A DNA stretch of 53,667 nt from a virus (lineage: Duplodnaviria > Caudoviricetes): positions 1 through 53,667 of IMG/VR virus record IMGVR_UViG_3300031986_000023. One strand, given 5' to 3'. This document shows, in pieces, positions 33,895-42,690 of this stretch (the first letter of the stretch is position 1; the number at the start of each line of letters is the position of its first letter). Position numbers and translations under genes: made by a program. The notes beneath the pieces were generated by a model, which was not told the DNA's origin, made no database searches, and worked only from the letters and a program-made list of their open reading frames with translations.

Positions 33895-34591
33895 TTCCCT
33901 GATCCTTGATTTCGAAGAGGCCTCGGTAACTGCGGAAGGTCGATTGGTTCAGCACGGCGCCGGGCGGGTGGCCGTCCTTGGCGAGACGGGCGAGTTCACC
34001 GACGGCGAGGCGCTTCCCGTGATCGGTCATCGGGTGGCCGATCTTGACCCTCATCGCGACGAAGCCATCCCATTCATCGACAGGAACCCAGTCAGGGCGG
34101 ACAAAGGGCTCGGCCTTTTTCCGGGTCGAGCGCGCAGCGCGCGACGTAGAGGGAGAAGCTTTAGCTTCTTCCTCTATGGTTATCTGGTTCCCTTGTTCTT
34201 TAGTTGTCCGATCGCTGTCCGATCGCTGTCCGGTTGGTTGTCCGGTTGCCTGTCCGGCATCCTCCGCGATGTCCTGATATTTCTCGTAATTACATATGGT
34301 TATGATCGATCGCCCATGTCCGGTTGCCCGTCCGATCATCTGTTCGGTTTGCAACCGGGTCAAAAACCGCTCGACGGCGCTCTGCGACCACCCCCATGCG
34401 GTCGCGAGTTGCGAGCGGGACACGCAAAGCTGCCCGCGCTCGATCGTCATTGTCGAGCCCGACACATTGAATTTCGTCGGCTTCCAGCACGCTTTCAACA
34501 CGAGCCACGCCCACGCGCCAAAGCGCGAGCTATCGCCCACAAACAGAGGGTGATCGGTCGCTTCGCGGTAAAGGACGGCGAAACCACTCAC
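33722..34591 (-). CDS. Phage replication initiator
   Basis: IERGQL..S...LA..WGWS...V.RFL..L...MI...ITI.NY.KYQ N-terminal domain; PDW...W..FV.MR C-terminal domain; internal iterons. Confidence 0.85.
   Translation of the reverse strand: MSGFAVLYREATDHPLFVGDSSRFGAWAWLVLKACWKPTKFNVSGSTMTIERGQLCVSRSQLATAWGWSQSAVERFLTRLQTEQMIGRATGHGRSIITICNYEKYQDIAEDAGQATGQPTGQRSDSDRTTKEQGNQITIEEEAKASPSTSRAARSTRKKAEPFVRPDWVPVDEWDGFVAMRVKIGHPMTDHGKRLAVGELARLAKDGHPPGAVLNQSTFRSYRGLFEIKDQGNGQPAHQYRKPTTLDAMQRAIELTGGADGRDAPRPPSSDWGVGRMPDPVRALGHVER
34205..34256. repeat. Iterons of the phage replication origin
   Basis: TGTCCG at 34205, 34216, 34227, 34239 and 34251 (11-12 bp spacing) between AT-rich flanks inside rep. 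Confidence 0.75.
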
Positions 34592-35061
34592 GCAGCCTCT
34601 GCCCCCACGCTCGCACGCCACCGGCGCATCTCGACCTCATACTGCCCTTCGATCAGCGACCGTGCCTCGGCCGCGGGAAAGCGCTTGGTGTTCAGCAGGT
34701 GCAGATAGTCCGCGCGCAGATGCGGCGGGCACCACGCCAGTTTCGTGGCGCTGCTCTTCCGGCCTGCCCGTGCGCGAACTTCTGGCGCGCGTGAGGCGAT
34801 GCTGCCGAGCTCCCAAAATCTCCCGTCCTTGAAGTGCTGGGTGCGCCTGGCGTTGATGTCGGGATCATCGCCGAGAGCGCGTGCGCGGCGGCGCAGGCCG
34901 TCGAGGAATTCGGGATCGATCGCGTGCTTGCGGGCGATGCCTTCGCGCTGGCGCTGGCGGACTTCGGGGCGCGACAAATTGAATGCAGAGACATGACGTC
35001 GGCAGTACCCCGTCTTGTTGTACCGCCCGAGCGGCGTGGAGCAGGTGTGGCAATTCTTCAT
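34588..35061 (-). CDS. Basic Zn-ribbon (CxxC...CxxH) DNA-binding-like protein
   Basis: CHTC...YCRRH; Arg-rich helices. Confidence 0.6.
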   Translation of the reverse strand: MKNCHTCSTPLGRYNKTGYCRRHVSAFNLSRPEVRQRQREGIARKHAIDPEFLDGLRRRARALGDDPDINARRTQHFKDGRFWELGSIASRAPEVRARAGRKSSATKLAWCPPHLRADYLHLLNTKRFPAAEARSLIEGQYEVEMRRWRASVGAEAA

Positions 35062-35573
35062 GCCGTGACCCTCGCATCCTGAACCGGGCTACGGGAGAGG
35101 GCAGCGGCGCGCACATCAAGGCCGCGGTCCTTGCGCTCGCGGCTTACCCAGCCATGCGCGACCAGAAACGCGGCCAGCGTGGTCAGCGACCGGAAAACGC
35201 CGCATAGATGTCCATTGGCGTCGAGATCGTTCAGTTTGCGGAACTGGTCGATCGACACCGCTGACATCGCCTTGATCTCGGCGCGGCAGACGCGGCCCGC
35301 ATTCGGACCTATCCCGTCGATGATCAGGTCGGGATAGCCGGTCGCCACCCCTTCCTGCACGGCGCGCCCGCGAGCAGCCTTGCTCGGCGTGTAAGTGCCG
35401 TTCGGGACCGCAGCGACCATGCACGGCACCAAAAGCGGCAGACTGCCGACGATGCTCGCCTGTATTGCAATTTCGGACACATTGCGGCCATAGGTGCCGC
35501 TCGCGACATTGGGCTCGTCGAAATGCCACGGCGCCGCGCGGCAGTCGGCAATAGGGGCGCACTTTTCGGTCAT
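35058..35573 (-). CDS. VRR-NUC / PD-(D/E)xK nuclease
   Basis: AVPNG...GV..G.PDL...AEIKA...Q motifs. Confidence 0.8.
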   Translation of the reverse strand: MTEKCAPIADCRAAPWHFDEPNVASGTYGRNVSEIAIQASIVGSLPLLVPCMVAAVPNGTYTPSKAARGRAVQEGVATGYPDLIIDGIGPNAGRVCRAEIKAMSAVSIDQFRKLNDLDANGHLCGVFRSLTTLAAFLVAHGWVSRERKDRGLDVRAAALSRSPVQDARVTA

Positions 35574-35761
35574 GCCGCCTGCCACCCGAGCGGCGCGGCA
35601 ATCGCAGCGCGAAACCGCGAAATGCAGCTGTTCTTCGTCCGCCCGAGCGTGTTGGCCGCGCGCTGGAATGACTTCCCCTCGGCGATCATCTCCGCGAGGC
35701 GGTCGGTTTCGTCATCGGACCATGCCCGTTGCTCGACGAAGCGGGGTTCACCATTGCGCAT
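35570..35761 (-). CDS. GcrA-like N-terminal HTH protein (63 aa)
   Basis: WSDDETDRLAEMIAEGKSFQRAANTLGRTKNSCISRF resembles the GcrA DNA-binding domain. Confidence 0.65.
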   Translation of the reverse strand: MRNGEPRFVEQRAWSDDETDRLAEMIAEGKSFQRAANTLGRTKNSCISRFRAAIAAPLGWQAA

Positions 35762-35834
35762 ATTCTTTTGTCCTCACGATCTGGCTTGATCCTCGGGGCG
35801 GACGCTTGGCCCGCCCTCCGGTCACGTCAGATGA

Positions 35835-36770
35835 TTATTCAGGGGCGCCGATCAGCAGCGGCAGGGCGGTTTCGTCTTTGACGCGCTGGCAGGCCTGATC
35901 GAACGCATGGTCGAAAACGAGATCGGCCCGCCAAAGGTCGTACCAGAACGAAATCCCGTCCGGCTGCTTGCGGTAGCGAAGGCGCGCGGCGATTCGATAA
36001 TAGCCGTCGTGGGCAAAGACCGGGATGCAGATGACGAACAGCCCCGGCACGTCGACCGGTTGACCGGCGGCATCGGTGTGCTCGCTTTCGAAGCGGATCA
36101 CGCCTTCGCCCGACGATGGATTATGCGCAGATTTGACCGTGCTGGATTCGTGGATTTGTAGGTTCCGCGAAAGCTCGATCAGCTTCGACGGCGAGGCGAT
36201 CTTGTCGAGGCCGGTCGCGCCAATGAACCGCTGGATGTCTTCGTTCAGGGCATCGACGCTTTCGACAAGGTCGATATCGTTGACGCGCTCCTCAAGGAAC
36301 TGCGCGAATTCGACCATGTCCATTTTCTTGCCGTCGAACTTCATCCAGATTTTCCACTCGTCGGAGAGCGGAAAGCGGAAGGTTGTCCGGTGATCGCCAA
36401 AGCGCGGCGTGCCGTCGGCGCCGGTATCATGATAGTTCAGCACGGCGGTAAGGCCGGGCGCTTCGCGATCGTCCTTGGCAAAGATAACGGTGTCGGCATT
36501 CTTGAACCGGGTGACGTGGTCGATGAAGGATTCGAGGCGCGTCATTGCCGCGGTCCCCGTGCGGCGTTCGGGATGCGTCAGATATTCAGCGAAAGCCGAC
36601 TTGGGGACGACGCGCAGGCCATCCTTGCCGATCACCGCGGGAACGGTGATGCTCGGGTCGGCGGGGTGCGGAATGCTGGTCAGAGTCGGTTTCTGATATT
36701 CCTCGGCCGCCTTGTGGGCCTGCTCGATAGTGGCGCCGATGTCTCTCGGCTCGGTGGTGGCGGTGTTCAT
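35835..36770 (-). CDS. DUF2303 / YfdQ family protein
   Basis: ESFIDHV.RF, AVLNYH, S.EWK.W, F..FLEE, IPVF and ARLRYR motifs. Confidence 0.85.
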   Translation of the reverse strand: MNTATTEPRDIGATIEQAHKAAEEYQKPTLTSIPHPADPSITVPAVIGKDGLRVVPKSAFAEYLTHPERRTGTAAMTRLESFIDHVTRFKNADTVIFAKDDREAPGLTAVLNYHDTGADGTPRFGDHRTTFRFPLSDEWKIWMKFDGKKMDMVEFAQFLEERVNDIDLVESVDALNEDIQRFIGATGLDKIASPSKLIELSRNLQIHESSTVKSAHNPSSGEGVIRFESEHTDAAGQPVDVPGLFVICIPVFAHDGYYRIAARLRYRKQPDGISFWYDLWRADLVFDHAFDQACQRVKDETALPLLIGAPE

Positions 36771-36794
36771 GGTCGGATCCTTTTTCAACGGCGA

Positions 36795-37214
36795 TTAGTT
36801 GCGGACTTCGCGGCGCGGGGTGACGTCGCGGACGGTGCCGAACAGGTTCCCCTGGCGCGGCTTGTTCGGCGTGAACTTGTTGTCATCGGTGACCCAGCCG
36901 ACCGACTGCTTGCGCTTCTCGACGGGCTTCTTGATCGCGTGCGTGGCGGCGAAGACGTAGAAGCCGGCGGGGTCGCGCGTGATGTCGACCTTGATCGTAA
37001 GCTGCGCCTTGAGCTTGCCCTGCCCGGTGTCCTGCGCCAGCTGCTCAAGCTCGGCGGCGAGTTCGTTCAGGTCGAACGCAACGTCGGCGTCGAACTGGCC
37101 GTCTTCCTGCATGCGGATGAAGTCGGCGAGGCTATGCGCGGCAGGGAGGCGCGCGCCGCCGTCTGCCGCCGTCTGTTCGAGGATTTCCCCCGTTTCTTGA
37201 TCGATGATGTCCAA
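36795..37214 (-). CDS. YfdP-like partner of DUF2303
   Basis: Conserved position upstream of DUF2303; P.QGNLF tail. Confidence 0.65.
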   Translation of the reverse strand: MDIIDQETGEILEQTAADGGARLPAAHSLADFIRMQEDGQFDADVAFDLNELAAELEQLAQDTGQGKLKAQLTIKVDITRDPAGFYVFAATHAIKKPVEKRKQSVGWVTDDNKFTPNKPRQGNLFGTVRDVTPRREVRN

Positions 37215-37285
37215 TTTTCTTCTCCTAGGTATTCAGTGGGCCGTGTTTCGTGTTCCGAGGCGCGGCCCGTCCGCCCCGGCGAATT

Positions 37286-37465
37286 TCAGTCAGGTCGCTG
37301 TTGAAGCGGCGCCGCCAGATCAGGGCGGCCGATTTGCTTGGCGAGCGCGATCGTCGTCTCGCGGATCTTGGCGCGCTCACGGTCGGCTTTGACGAGGGCG
37401 CCGGTGCGTCCGGCTTCGGCGCAGGTGGTGGGCGCGGGGCGGCGATGGGTGAAGGGCCAGATCAT
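37286..37465 (-). CDS. Hypothetical phage protein
   Basis: ATGA-coupled to the methylase stop. Confidence 0.5.
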   Translation of the reverse strand: MIWPFTHRRPAPTTCAEAGRTGALVKADRERAKIRETTIALAKQIGRPDLAAPLQQRPD

Positions 37466-38415
37466 GCGGCCACCGCGTCGAACAGGCTGCCAGCCTTCGC
37501 CTTCAATCCCTCGATGTTGCGTCGAGCCTGCGCGAAATAGGACGGCTTCAATTCGATGCCGATGCCCTTGCGGCCCATTTCGACCGCGCAATAAACTTCG
37601 CTGCCGATGCCAAGGAAAGGGGTCAGCACCGTATCGCCCGGGTTGCTCCAAAGGTCGATGCAACGCTCGATAACGTCGAGTTGCAGCGGACTTATGTGCT
37701 GCTCGTCTTTCTGGTCACGGCCGCCGCGATACTGCAGGGTGCGGGTCTGATTGATGTCGGTCCAGACGGGCGAGGCATATCGCTGCCAGACCTCGATCGA
37801 ATACCAGTTGCGGCCATCGGTGGGCGTTGTGAATTTCGACGGGTCGGGCCCATCGCCTTCGCCATGCCATTCGTCGAAGCATCCGCTTACCGGCTCGGGG
37901 TTCTCACCCGGCTTGCGGAAAGTGACGACATAATCGGCCAGGCCTTGCCCGCTGATGCAGCTATCTTTGACGATCTGCTTGTGCAGCAGGCGGATCGACT
38001 TGGTGCGCTGCTGTGCGACGACGGGGTCTTTCCAGATGCAGACCTCGCTATGAAAAATCCACCCGGCGTCTTCATATGCGCGGATGATTTCGCCGCGGAA
38101 GTCGCGCATTCCGATATTGCCGTGCCGGATTTTCGACATGGGAAGCTGCATGCAATGGACGCTGTGAAGGCGGCCCGGCATCGTCACGCGGAGCAGTTCC
38201 TGGATGAGGAACGAATAATGCTCCCAAAATTGCGGGCCATCATTGTTCGATATGTCGCGATCGAAGTTCGAAAACTTATAGAGCCCTTCGAACGGCGGCG
38301 AGTGGATGCCGAAGTGGATGCTGTCACCGGGGATCGCGCGGATCAGATCGCACGAGTCACCCTGATAGATGGCGTATTGGTCCGTAATGACCTGATCGAC
38401 GGCCTTGATCGTCAT
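37462..38415 (-). CDS. DNA N4-cytosine/N6-adenine methyltransferase, beta class
   Basis: Motif IV SPPF before motif I PFLGIGS. Confidence 0.9.
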   Translation of the reverse strand: MTIKAVDQVITDQYAIYQGDSCDLIRAIPGDSIHFGIHSPPFEGLYKFSNFDRDISNNDGPQFWEHYSFLIQELLRVTMPGRLHSVHCMQLPMSKIRHGNIGMRDFRGEIIRAYEDAGWIFHSEVCIWKDPVVAQQRTKSIRLLHKQIVKDSCISGQGLADYVVTFRKPGENPEPVSGCFDEWHGEGDGPDPSKFTTPTDGRNWYSIEVWQRYASPVWTDINQTRTLQYRGGRDQKDEQHISPLQLDVIERCIDLWSNPGDTVLTPFLGIGSEVYCAVEMGRKGIGIELKPSYFAQARRNIEGLKAKAGSLFDAVAA

Positions 38416-39767
38416 GCTGCGATCTCCAAAAATGCGGGAAGTTGAACGGGGATCTGCGGATCGTAATCAGGACGATCGCGGGTCGAGCCGCGCACCGCTG
38501 CGCTAGATAGGTCGGCCATGTGCATGACCATCGCCGCGGCCATGCGGTCGGCATCAGCTTCCTTACGGCGGATATTGGCGACGGTGGCGCCTTCCAGTTC
38601 GGAAACGACAAGATGCGCATCGACAGGATTGGTCTGGCCGAACCGCCAGAAGCGGCGAATGGCCTGATAAAACTGCTCCCAACTATCGTTGAGGCCAATG
38701 AACCCGGTCTGGTGGCAGCACTGCCAGTTGACGCCGAACCCGGCGATCGACGCCTTGGTTACGAGCCGCTTGATCTTGCCATCCTGAAACTCAAGGATGA
38801 TGCGCTCTTTCTCAGTGTCAGACAGGCCGCCGTGCAAGTTGACCGCACCCATGCGCTTCGCTGCGAGTTCGGCCTCGGCATTGAGATTGCACCACCACAC
38901 GAAGGCGTCGTCGCCGGTCGTGGCTTCCGCTGCCTTGTCGACGCGCTCTTTAACGGTTGCCCGGCGCGCGCCGATGCGCTCGGCGAGAGTCCGCGCCTGC
39001 ATCGGGAACAGCATGCCGGTTTCCATCGACGGCGCATATTCGACGCCCACCCGGTGCTCGATGTAGTTCAGCGGCGGGAGGTCATAGCCTTCGTCCGAAT
39101 ATCCAAGGTCCGACGGCTTGCGGATCATCACGGCCCACGATGCCATCCACTTCCAGAATTCATTCTCGGCATGGCCTTTGAGGCGCCATTTCTGTGTGTC
39201 GCCGCCGTCGTGGACAAAGAAGGTGGCGAGCATGTCGGTGTAGGACATGATGCCGAGAAATTCGGCGTGATTGCCGAGTTCCATGAAGTCATTCGGCGCC
39301 GGCGTGGCAGTCGCCGCGAGGCGGAACGGGACATCGGCGCACGCCGCAATCAGGGCAGACCGGTAGTGGCCATCCACCGATTTCAGAATGCTGCTTTCGT
39401 CGAGGATGACACCGCCAGCCTTCGGCAGGTCGTGGTGCGACATGCGCTGATAGTTGACGATCGTCTGCGGCTCGATGCCGAATTTGATCGCCTCGCGCTG
39501 CATCTGCGCGGTCACGGCGAGCGGGGCGAAGTGAACGACCTCGCGCTTGGTTTCGCGCGCGACGGCCTCGCCCCATGCCAGTTCCTGCAATGACTTACCG
39601 AGGCCGGTTCCTTCGAACGCTGCGCCGCGCCCGCGCTTGAGCAGCCATGCAGTGATATCGTGCTGGAACGGGAACATGACGCTAGGCAGATCGATAGGTC
39701 CATCAATGCCGGTCATCGGATCAACGATCGCCTTGCGCGCAAGGAATGAGGCGTAGGATTCGCTCAC
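38412..39767 (-). CDS. SNF2-like (SF2) helicase
   Basis: GTGLGKS, ILDESS, TATPAPN, QAIRRFWRFGQ. Confidence 0.9.
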   Translation of the reverse strand: MSESYASFLARKAIVDPMTGIDGPIDLPSVMFPFQHDITAWLLKRGRGAAFEGTGLGKSLQELAWGEAVARETKREVVHFAPLAVTAQMQREAIKFGIEPQTIVNYQRMSHHDLPKAGGVILDESSILKSVDGHYRSALIAACADVPFRLAATATPAPNDFMELGNHAEFLGIMSYTDMLATFFVHDGGDTQKWRLKGHAENEFWKWMASWAVMIRKPSDLGYSDEGYDLPPLNYIEHRVGVEYAPSMETGMLFPMQARTLAERIGARRATVKERVDKAAEATTGDDAFVWWCNLNAEAELAAKRMGAVNLHGGLSDTEKERIILEFQDGKIKRLVTKASIAGFGVNWQCCHQTGFIGLNDSWEQFYQAIRRFWRFGQTNPVDAHLVVSELEGATVANIRRKEADADRMAAAMVMHMADLSSAAVRGSTRDRPDYDPQIPVQLPAFLEIAA

Positions 39768-40240
39768 GCCGCCTTCCCCATCGCCACGAGCGTCATCCCG
39801 CGCTCGATCTTGCGCTGCCCGACGCTGCGAAGGTGCTTGCGATCCTCGCCGTCAAAGTTCCCGTCGGCGGCGCGGCGCGCGATCTCGGCGCTGTCCGTGA
39901 TGTCGTCTGCGGCGAGCATCCCCGGCGGAGGCTCGCTCTCCTCGGGCAGTTCGAATGCACCCAATCCAGTAAGCGGCAGGAATTCGTTCGCGAAGTCGGC
40001 GCCGAGGAAGGCGATCAGGCTCAGCAGGCATTCGGGTGGCAACGGGCGATAGTCGATCGATCCGGCGTCGGTCATCGCGCATTCGATGACGCGATCTTTC
40101 ACGCCGGTGCCGTTGCTCAGCTGCTTGACCGAATAACGGCGACCGCGGCCCACATAGAGGCGCAGGGCGTCGCCGATCTTGTTCCCCGCCTGTTCGCGGG
40201 AAATGTTCGGGCGCAAGTTCGCGGACGTATTGTCAGGCAC
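39764..40240 (-). CDS. CII-like HTH regulator
   Basis: YSVKQLSNGTGVKDRVIE HTH; position downstream of cro. Confidence 0.55.
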   Translation of the reverse strand: MPDNTSANLRPNISREQAGNKIGDALRLYVGRGRRYSVKQLSNGTGVKDRVIECAMTDAGSIDYRPLPPECLLSLIAFLGADFANEFLPLTGLGAFELPEESEPPPGMLAADDITDSAEIARRAADGNFDGEDRKHLRSVGQRKIERGMTLVAMGKAA

Positions 40241-40495
40241 GGGCTACCTCACTCAAATGGACGACAGGGAAGAAAACGAGCGGCGCCGCGAAGGGCCGGG
40301 GCAGGACGAAGCGCGCACCATCGGCGAAATCAGCGCCGAACTGGTCGGCAGGCTTGCGCCCGATCAGGCGCTGACTGCGCGCGGTATCGTCAGGATAATT
40401 GCCCCCGCTGGGCGAAGGGGGGGGACGCCCAGCGAGGGTGCTCAGGTGCGACCCAGAGCAACGGGGAATGGGAAGGCGCGGCGCGCTGCCAATGA

Positions 40496-40690
40496 TCATG
40501 CGTTGGCGCCCTGCGTCTCAGGCCAAGGCTTTCCGGCGAAGTTGGCCGCAAGCCTCAGGTGGGCGCGGCGCGATTGCGGAATTCCGATGGTCCGCCAAGA
40601 GTGGACCGTGGACACGGGAGCCTCGATCAGCTTGGCAACGGCAGTCGTGCCTCCGAGATGATCGATAATGGCGTTTGCTTCGGCGTTCAT
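40496..40690 (-). CDS. Cro-like repressor
   Basis: IIDHLGGTTAVAKLI.....TV.SWR..GIP HTH; divergent from cI. Confidence 0.85.
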   Translation of the reverse strand: MNAEANAIIDHLGGTTAVAKLIEAPVSTVHSWRTIGIPQSRRAHLRLAANFAGKPWPETQGANA

Positions 40691-40696
40691 GCCGCT

Positions 40697-40763
40697 GATA
40701 TGCGACAATCGCAGATTTTGTTCAAGCAAAATATCTGCGATAATAGCAGTTGCGATAATCTTG
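40697..40763. promoter_or_regulatory. OR operator region (TGCGA-N3-TCGCA x3) and PR
   Basis: 40701-40713 perfect; 40736-40748 and 40751-40763 degenerate; TTGAAC-N17-CATATC 6 nt before the cro ATG. Confidence 0.85.
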
Positions 40764-40783
40764 GCCTGCCGCACCAAGGGCGG

Positions 40784-41374
40784 ATGACGCCCGAGCAGAT
40801 TCGAAATGAGCTATCGGCTCGTAACATGTCGATCCGCGACCTCGCGGAAGCGACAGGCATTCCTGAAAATTATCTGACGAAGTCGCTCGGAAAGGCGGCG
40901 CGGCGCATACAGGTCTCTGAAATGGAGGCGATCATTAAAGTTCTGTCGCCCGACGACGACGAGGCGCCGCGGGTCCGCACCATTCCTCTACTTGGCAAGG
41001 TGCCTGCGGGAGGTTTTCGGCCTGCCGAGCAGCGCGGCGGGCGACGCCATGCGGTGTCCGATCCCTCTACGCCGTCAAACGCCTATGCGCTCACGGTTGA
41101 CGGCGATTCGATGGATTTGATCGTGCCGAATGGAACGACGATCGTAATCGACCCCGACGACAAGCGGCTTTGGCCGGGAAAACGCTATGTAATTCAAACG
41201 GAAAGTGGCGATACGACGTTCAAGGAATATCAGGAGTCGCCCGCACGCCTGGTTCCTTGCTCAAGCAATCCAGAGCACCGCGATATCATCCTTGGTGACG
41301 AGCCAATTCAGGTGCTCGGGAAGGTCTATTCGTACACGCTACGGGATGCGGATTTGCCGAGGCGTCTTTCATAA
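40784..41374 (+). CDS. CI-like repressor (HTH plus S24 autopeptidase)
   Basis: HTH; VPAG cleavage site; GDSM catalytic Ser; TFK catalytic Lys. Confidence 0.93.
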   Translation: MTPEQIRNELSARNMSIRDLAEATGIPENYLTKSLGKAARRIQVSEMEAIIKVLSPDDDEAPRVRTIPLLGKVPAGGFRPAEQRGGRRHAVSDPSTPSNAYALTVDGDSMDLIVPNGTTIVIDPDDKRLWPGKRYVIQTESGDTTFKEYQESPARLVPCSSNPEHRDIILGDEPIQVLGKVYSYTLRDADLPRRLS

Positions 41375-41546
41375 GCTGATTTTCGTGGATCCATTCAATG
41401 TCGGCAGGCACCGACACGAAGAACTTTCCCCACTCGTCATATTCCCCAAGGCCCAGATCGACGGCGTCCAGTTCGGCGCGTCTTTTCGTCGCTCGCCATG
41501 GCGCTTGCGGCCGCCCGAACACTGTCACGCGATAGAATAGCGACAC
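41286..41546 (-). CDS. SOS-boxed small protein convergent with cI
   Basis: AGGGAGG SD before GTG 41546; promoter carries a LexA box. Confidence 0.7.
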   Translation of the reverse strand: MSLFYRVTVFGRPQAPWRATKRRAELDAVDLGLGEYDEWGKFFVSVPADIEWIHENQLMKDASANPHPVACTNRPSRAPELARHQG

Positions 41547-41571
41547 CAATCCTCCCTTTCGACTCGCGAAA

Positions 41572-41606
41572 GAACAAATGTAGAACGCTTGAACGCCGCA
41601 AGTCAA
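41572..41606 (-). promoter_or_regulatory. Promoter TTGACT-N18-TACATT with an alphaproteobacterial LexA box (GTTC-N7-GTTC)
   Basis: GAACAAATGTAGAAC at 41572-41586 covers the -10. Confidence 0.8.
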
Positions 41607-41610
41607 TATC

Positions 41611-41661
41611 TGCGAATATCGCATTTTTCCTCTTGCATCTAATCTGCGATTGTCGCATATC
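41611..41661 (+). promoter_or_regulatory. OL operators and PL
   Basis: TGCGA-N3-TCGCA at 41611-41623 and 41645-41657; TTGCAT-N17-CATATC. Confidence 0.85.
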
Positions 41662-41726
41662 GTAATCCATCAGCCCCGAGGTGAGCCGCAAGCGCGGACC
41701 CGACGGGAACCCGATGGAGAACCGCC

Positions 41727-41906
41727 GTGGCCTTACACGACCTCGACCTTGTGAAATCGCACGCCGCGACCCGCGCTGCGATCGATGCTGCCAAGAGCAC
41801 GCACGAACCCCGCACCTGCGCTTGCGACACCTGCGTTCAGCAGCGTTGGGACGATGCCCGCGACGACGAGTTCGACGCGCGGTGGAACGCACGGGTGAAC
41901 CCGTGA
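41727..41906 (+). CDS. 59-aa first gene of the PL operon (HxxxxCxCxxC)
   Basis: GGAG SD plus GTG; stop overlaps the next GTG. Confidence 0.55.
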   Translation: MALHDLDLVKSHAATRAAIDAAKSTHEPRTCACDTCVQQRWDDARDDEFDARWNARVNP

Positions 41907-42091
41907 CCGGCGGTTTCAGCCAGTTCGCCCGCATTCTGGAATCTGTCCAGAAGGTCGAGACGCGACCCATCCGTGTCGATGCTCCGCTGATTGTGGACGC
42001 GACGCAGGATGCTTGGGAGGCCTTGATGGCCGTCAAGTATGGCAAGGGCTTTGAGGCGCGCGACTTTTCGTTCGCGGTAGTGTCGGCATGA
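41903..42091 (+). CDS. Hypothetical phage protein
   Basis: GTGA/ATGA coupling. Confidence 0.5.
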   Translation: MTGGFSQFARILESVQKVETRPIRVDAPLIVDATQDAWEALMAVKYGKGFEARDFSFAVVSA

Positions 42092-42291
42092 TCGACATTC
42101 ACGCCCACGCTCTGGAAGCCTTTAACCGGGCGACGCAAGAAAACGCCCTGCGCGAAATGCAGATCGCTCCCGCCGAGGAGTTGCAGGCGGACGACGAGCA
42201 GCCGGTCATTTCGATCCGGTTTGCGCTCGGACTGGCACTGCTGACAGTCGTGCTGATCGGCGCGCATATGGCTTGGGTCTCGACGCTGTGA
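42088..42291 (+). CDS. Small C-terminal-TM protein
   Basis: Hydrophobic C-terminus; coupled. Confidence 0.55.
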   Translation: MIDIHAHALEAFNRATQENALREMQIAPAEELQADDEQPVISIRFALGLALLTVVLIGAHMAWVSTL

Positions 42292-42677
42292 CGCGCTCGG
42301 CTCGCCCTTATGCCGACGGCGCGGCGGTGGCGCGGACCTTTGAGGGGTTCGACACCGATGTCCCGGTCGCTGGCTTCTATCGCATGAAGCTGCGCAGCGG
42401 CGGCGTGCTGGTGGGAATCCGCGTCTGGTACGGCGCGCCGCTGGATCCGATCACTGGCGATGAAATGGACCGCGGCTGGCGTTGGCAAGCGCTGGCGAAC
42501 GGCGAGTCCATCGATCTTGAGCGCGTGTGGCCCGTCTGCGCCGCCGATCCAATCGACGAGCGGGAATACCAATACCTCACGCAGCGCCAGGCATGGGCGC
42601 GCGAGAATTCACCCGATCACCCGATCGCAAACCCCACTCGGCGCATCGATCCGATGACCGCCCCGCCACCGTTTTGA
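42288..42677 (+). CDS. Conserved hypothetical phage protein
   Basis: P.AGFYR.KL..GG...V..R.W...DP.TG..MDR pattern. Confidence 0.7.
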   Translation: MTRSARPYADGAAVARTFEGFDTDVPVAGFYRMKLRSGGVLVGIRVWYGAPLDPITGDEMDRGWRWQALANGESIDLERVWPVCAADPIDEREYQYLTQRQAWARENSPDHPIANPTRRIDPMTAPPPF

Positions 42678-42690
42678 CAGGAGACCCGAA

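Noticed and set aside
41670-41715. Possible nut/put-like antitermination RNA in the PL leader
   Set aside because: GC-rich pairing is possible, but no boxA or second copy could be identified
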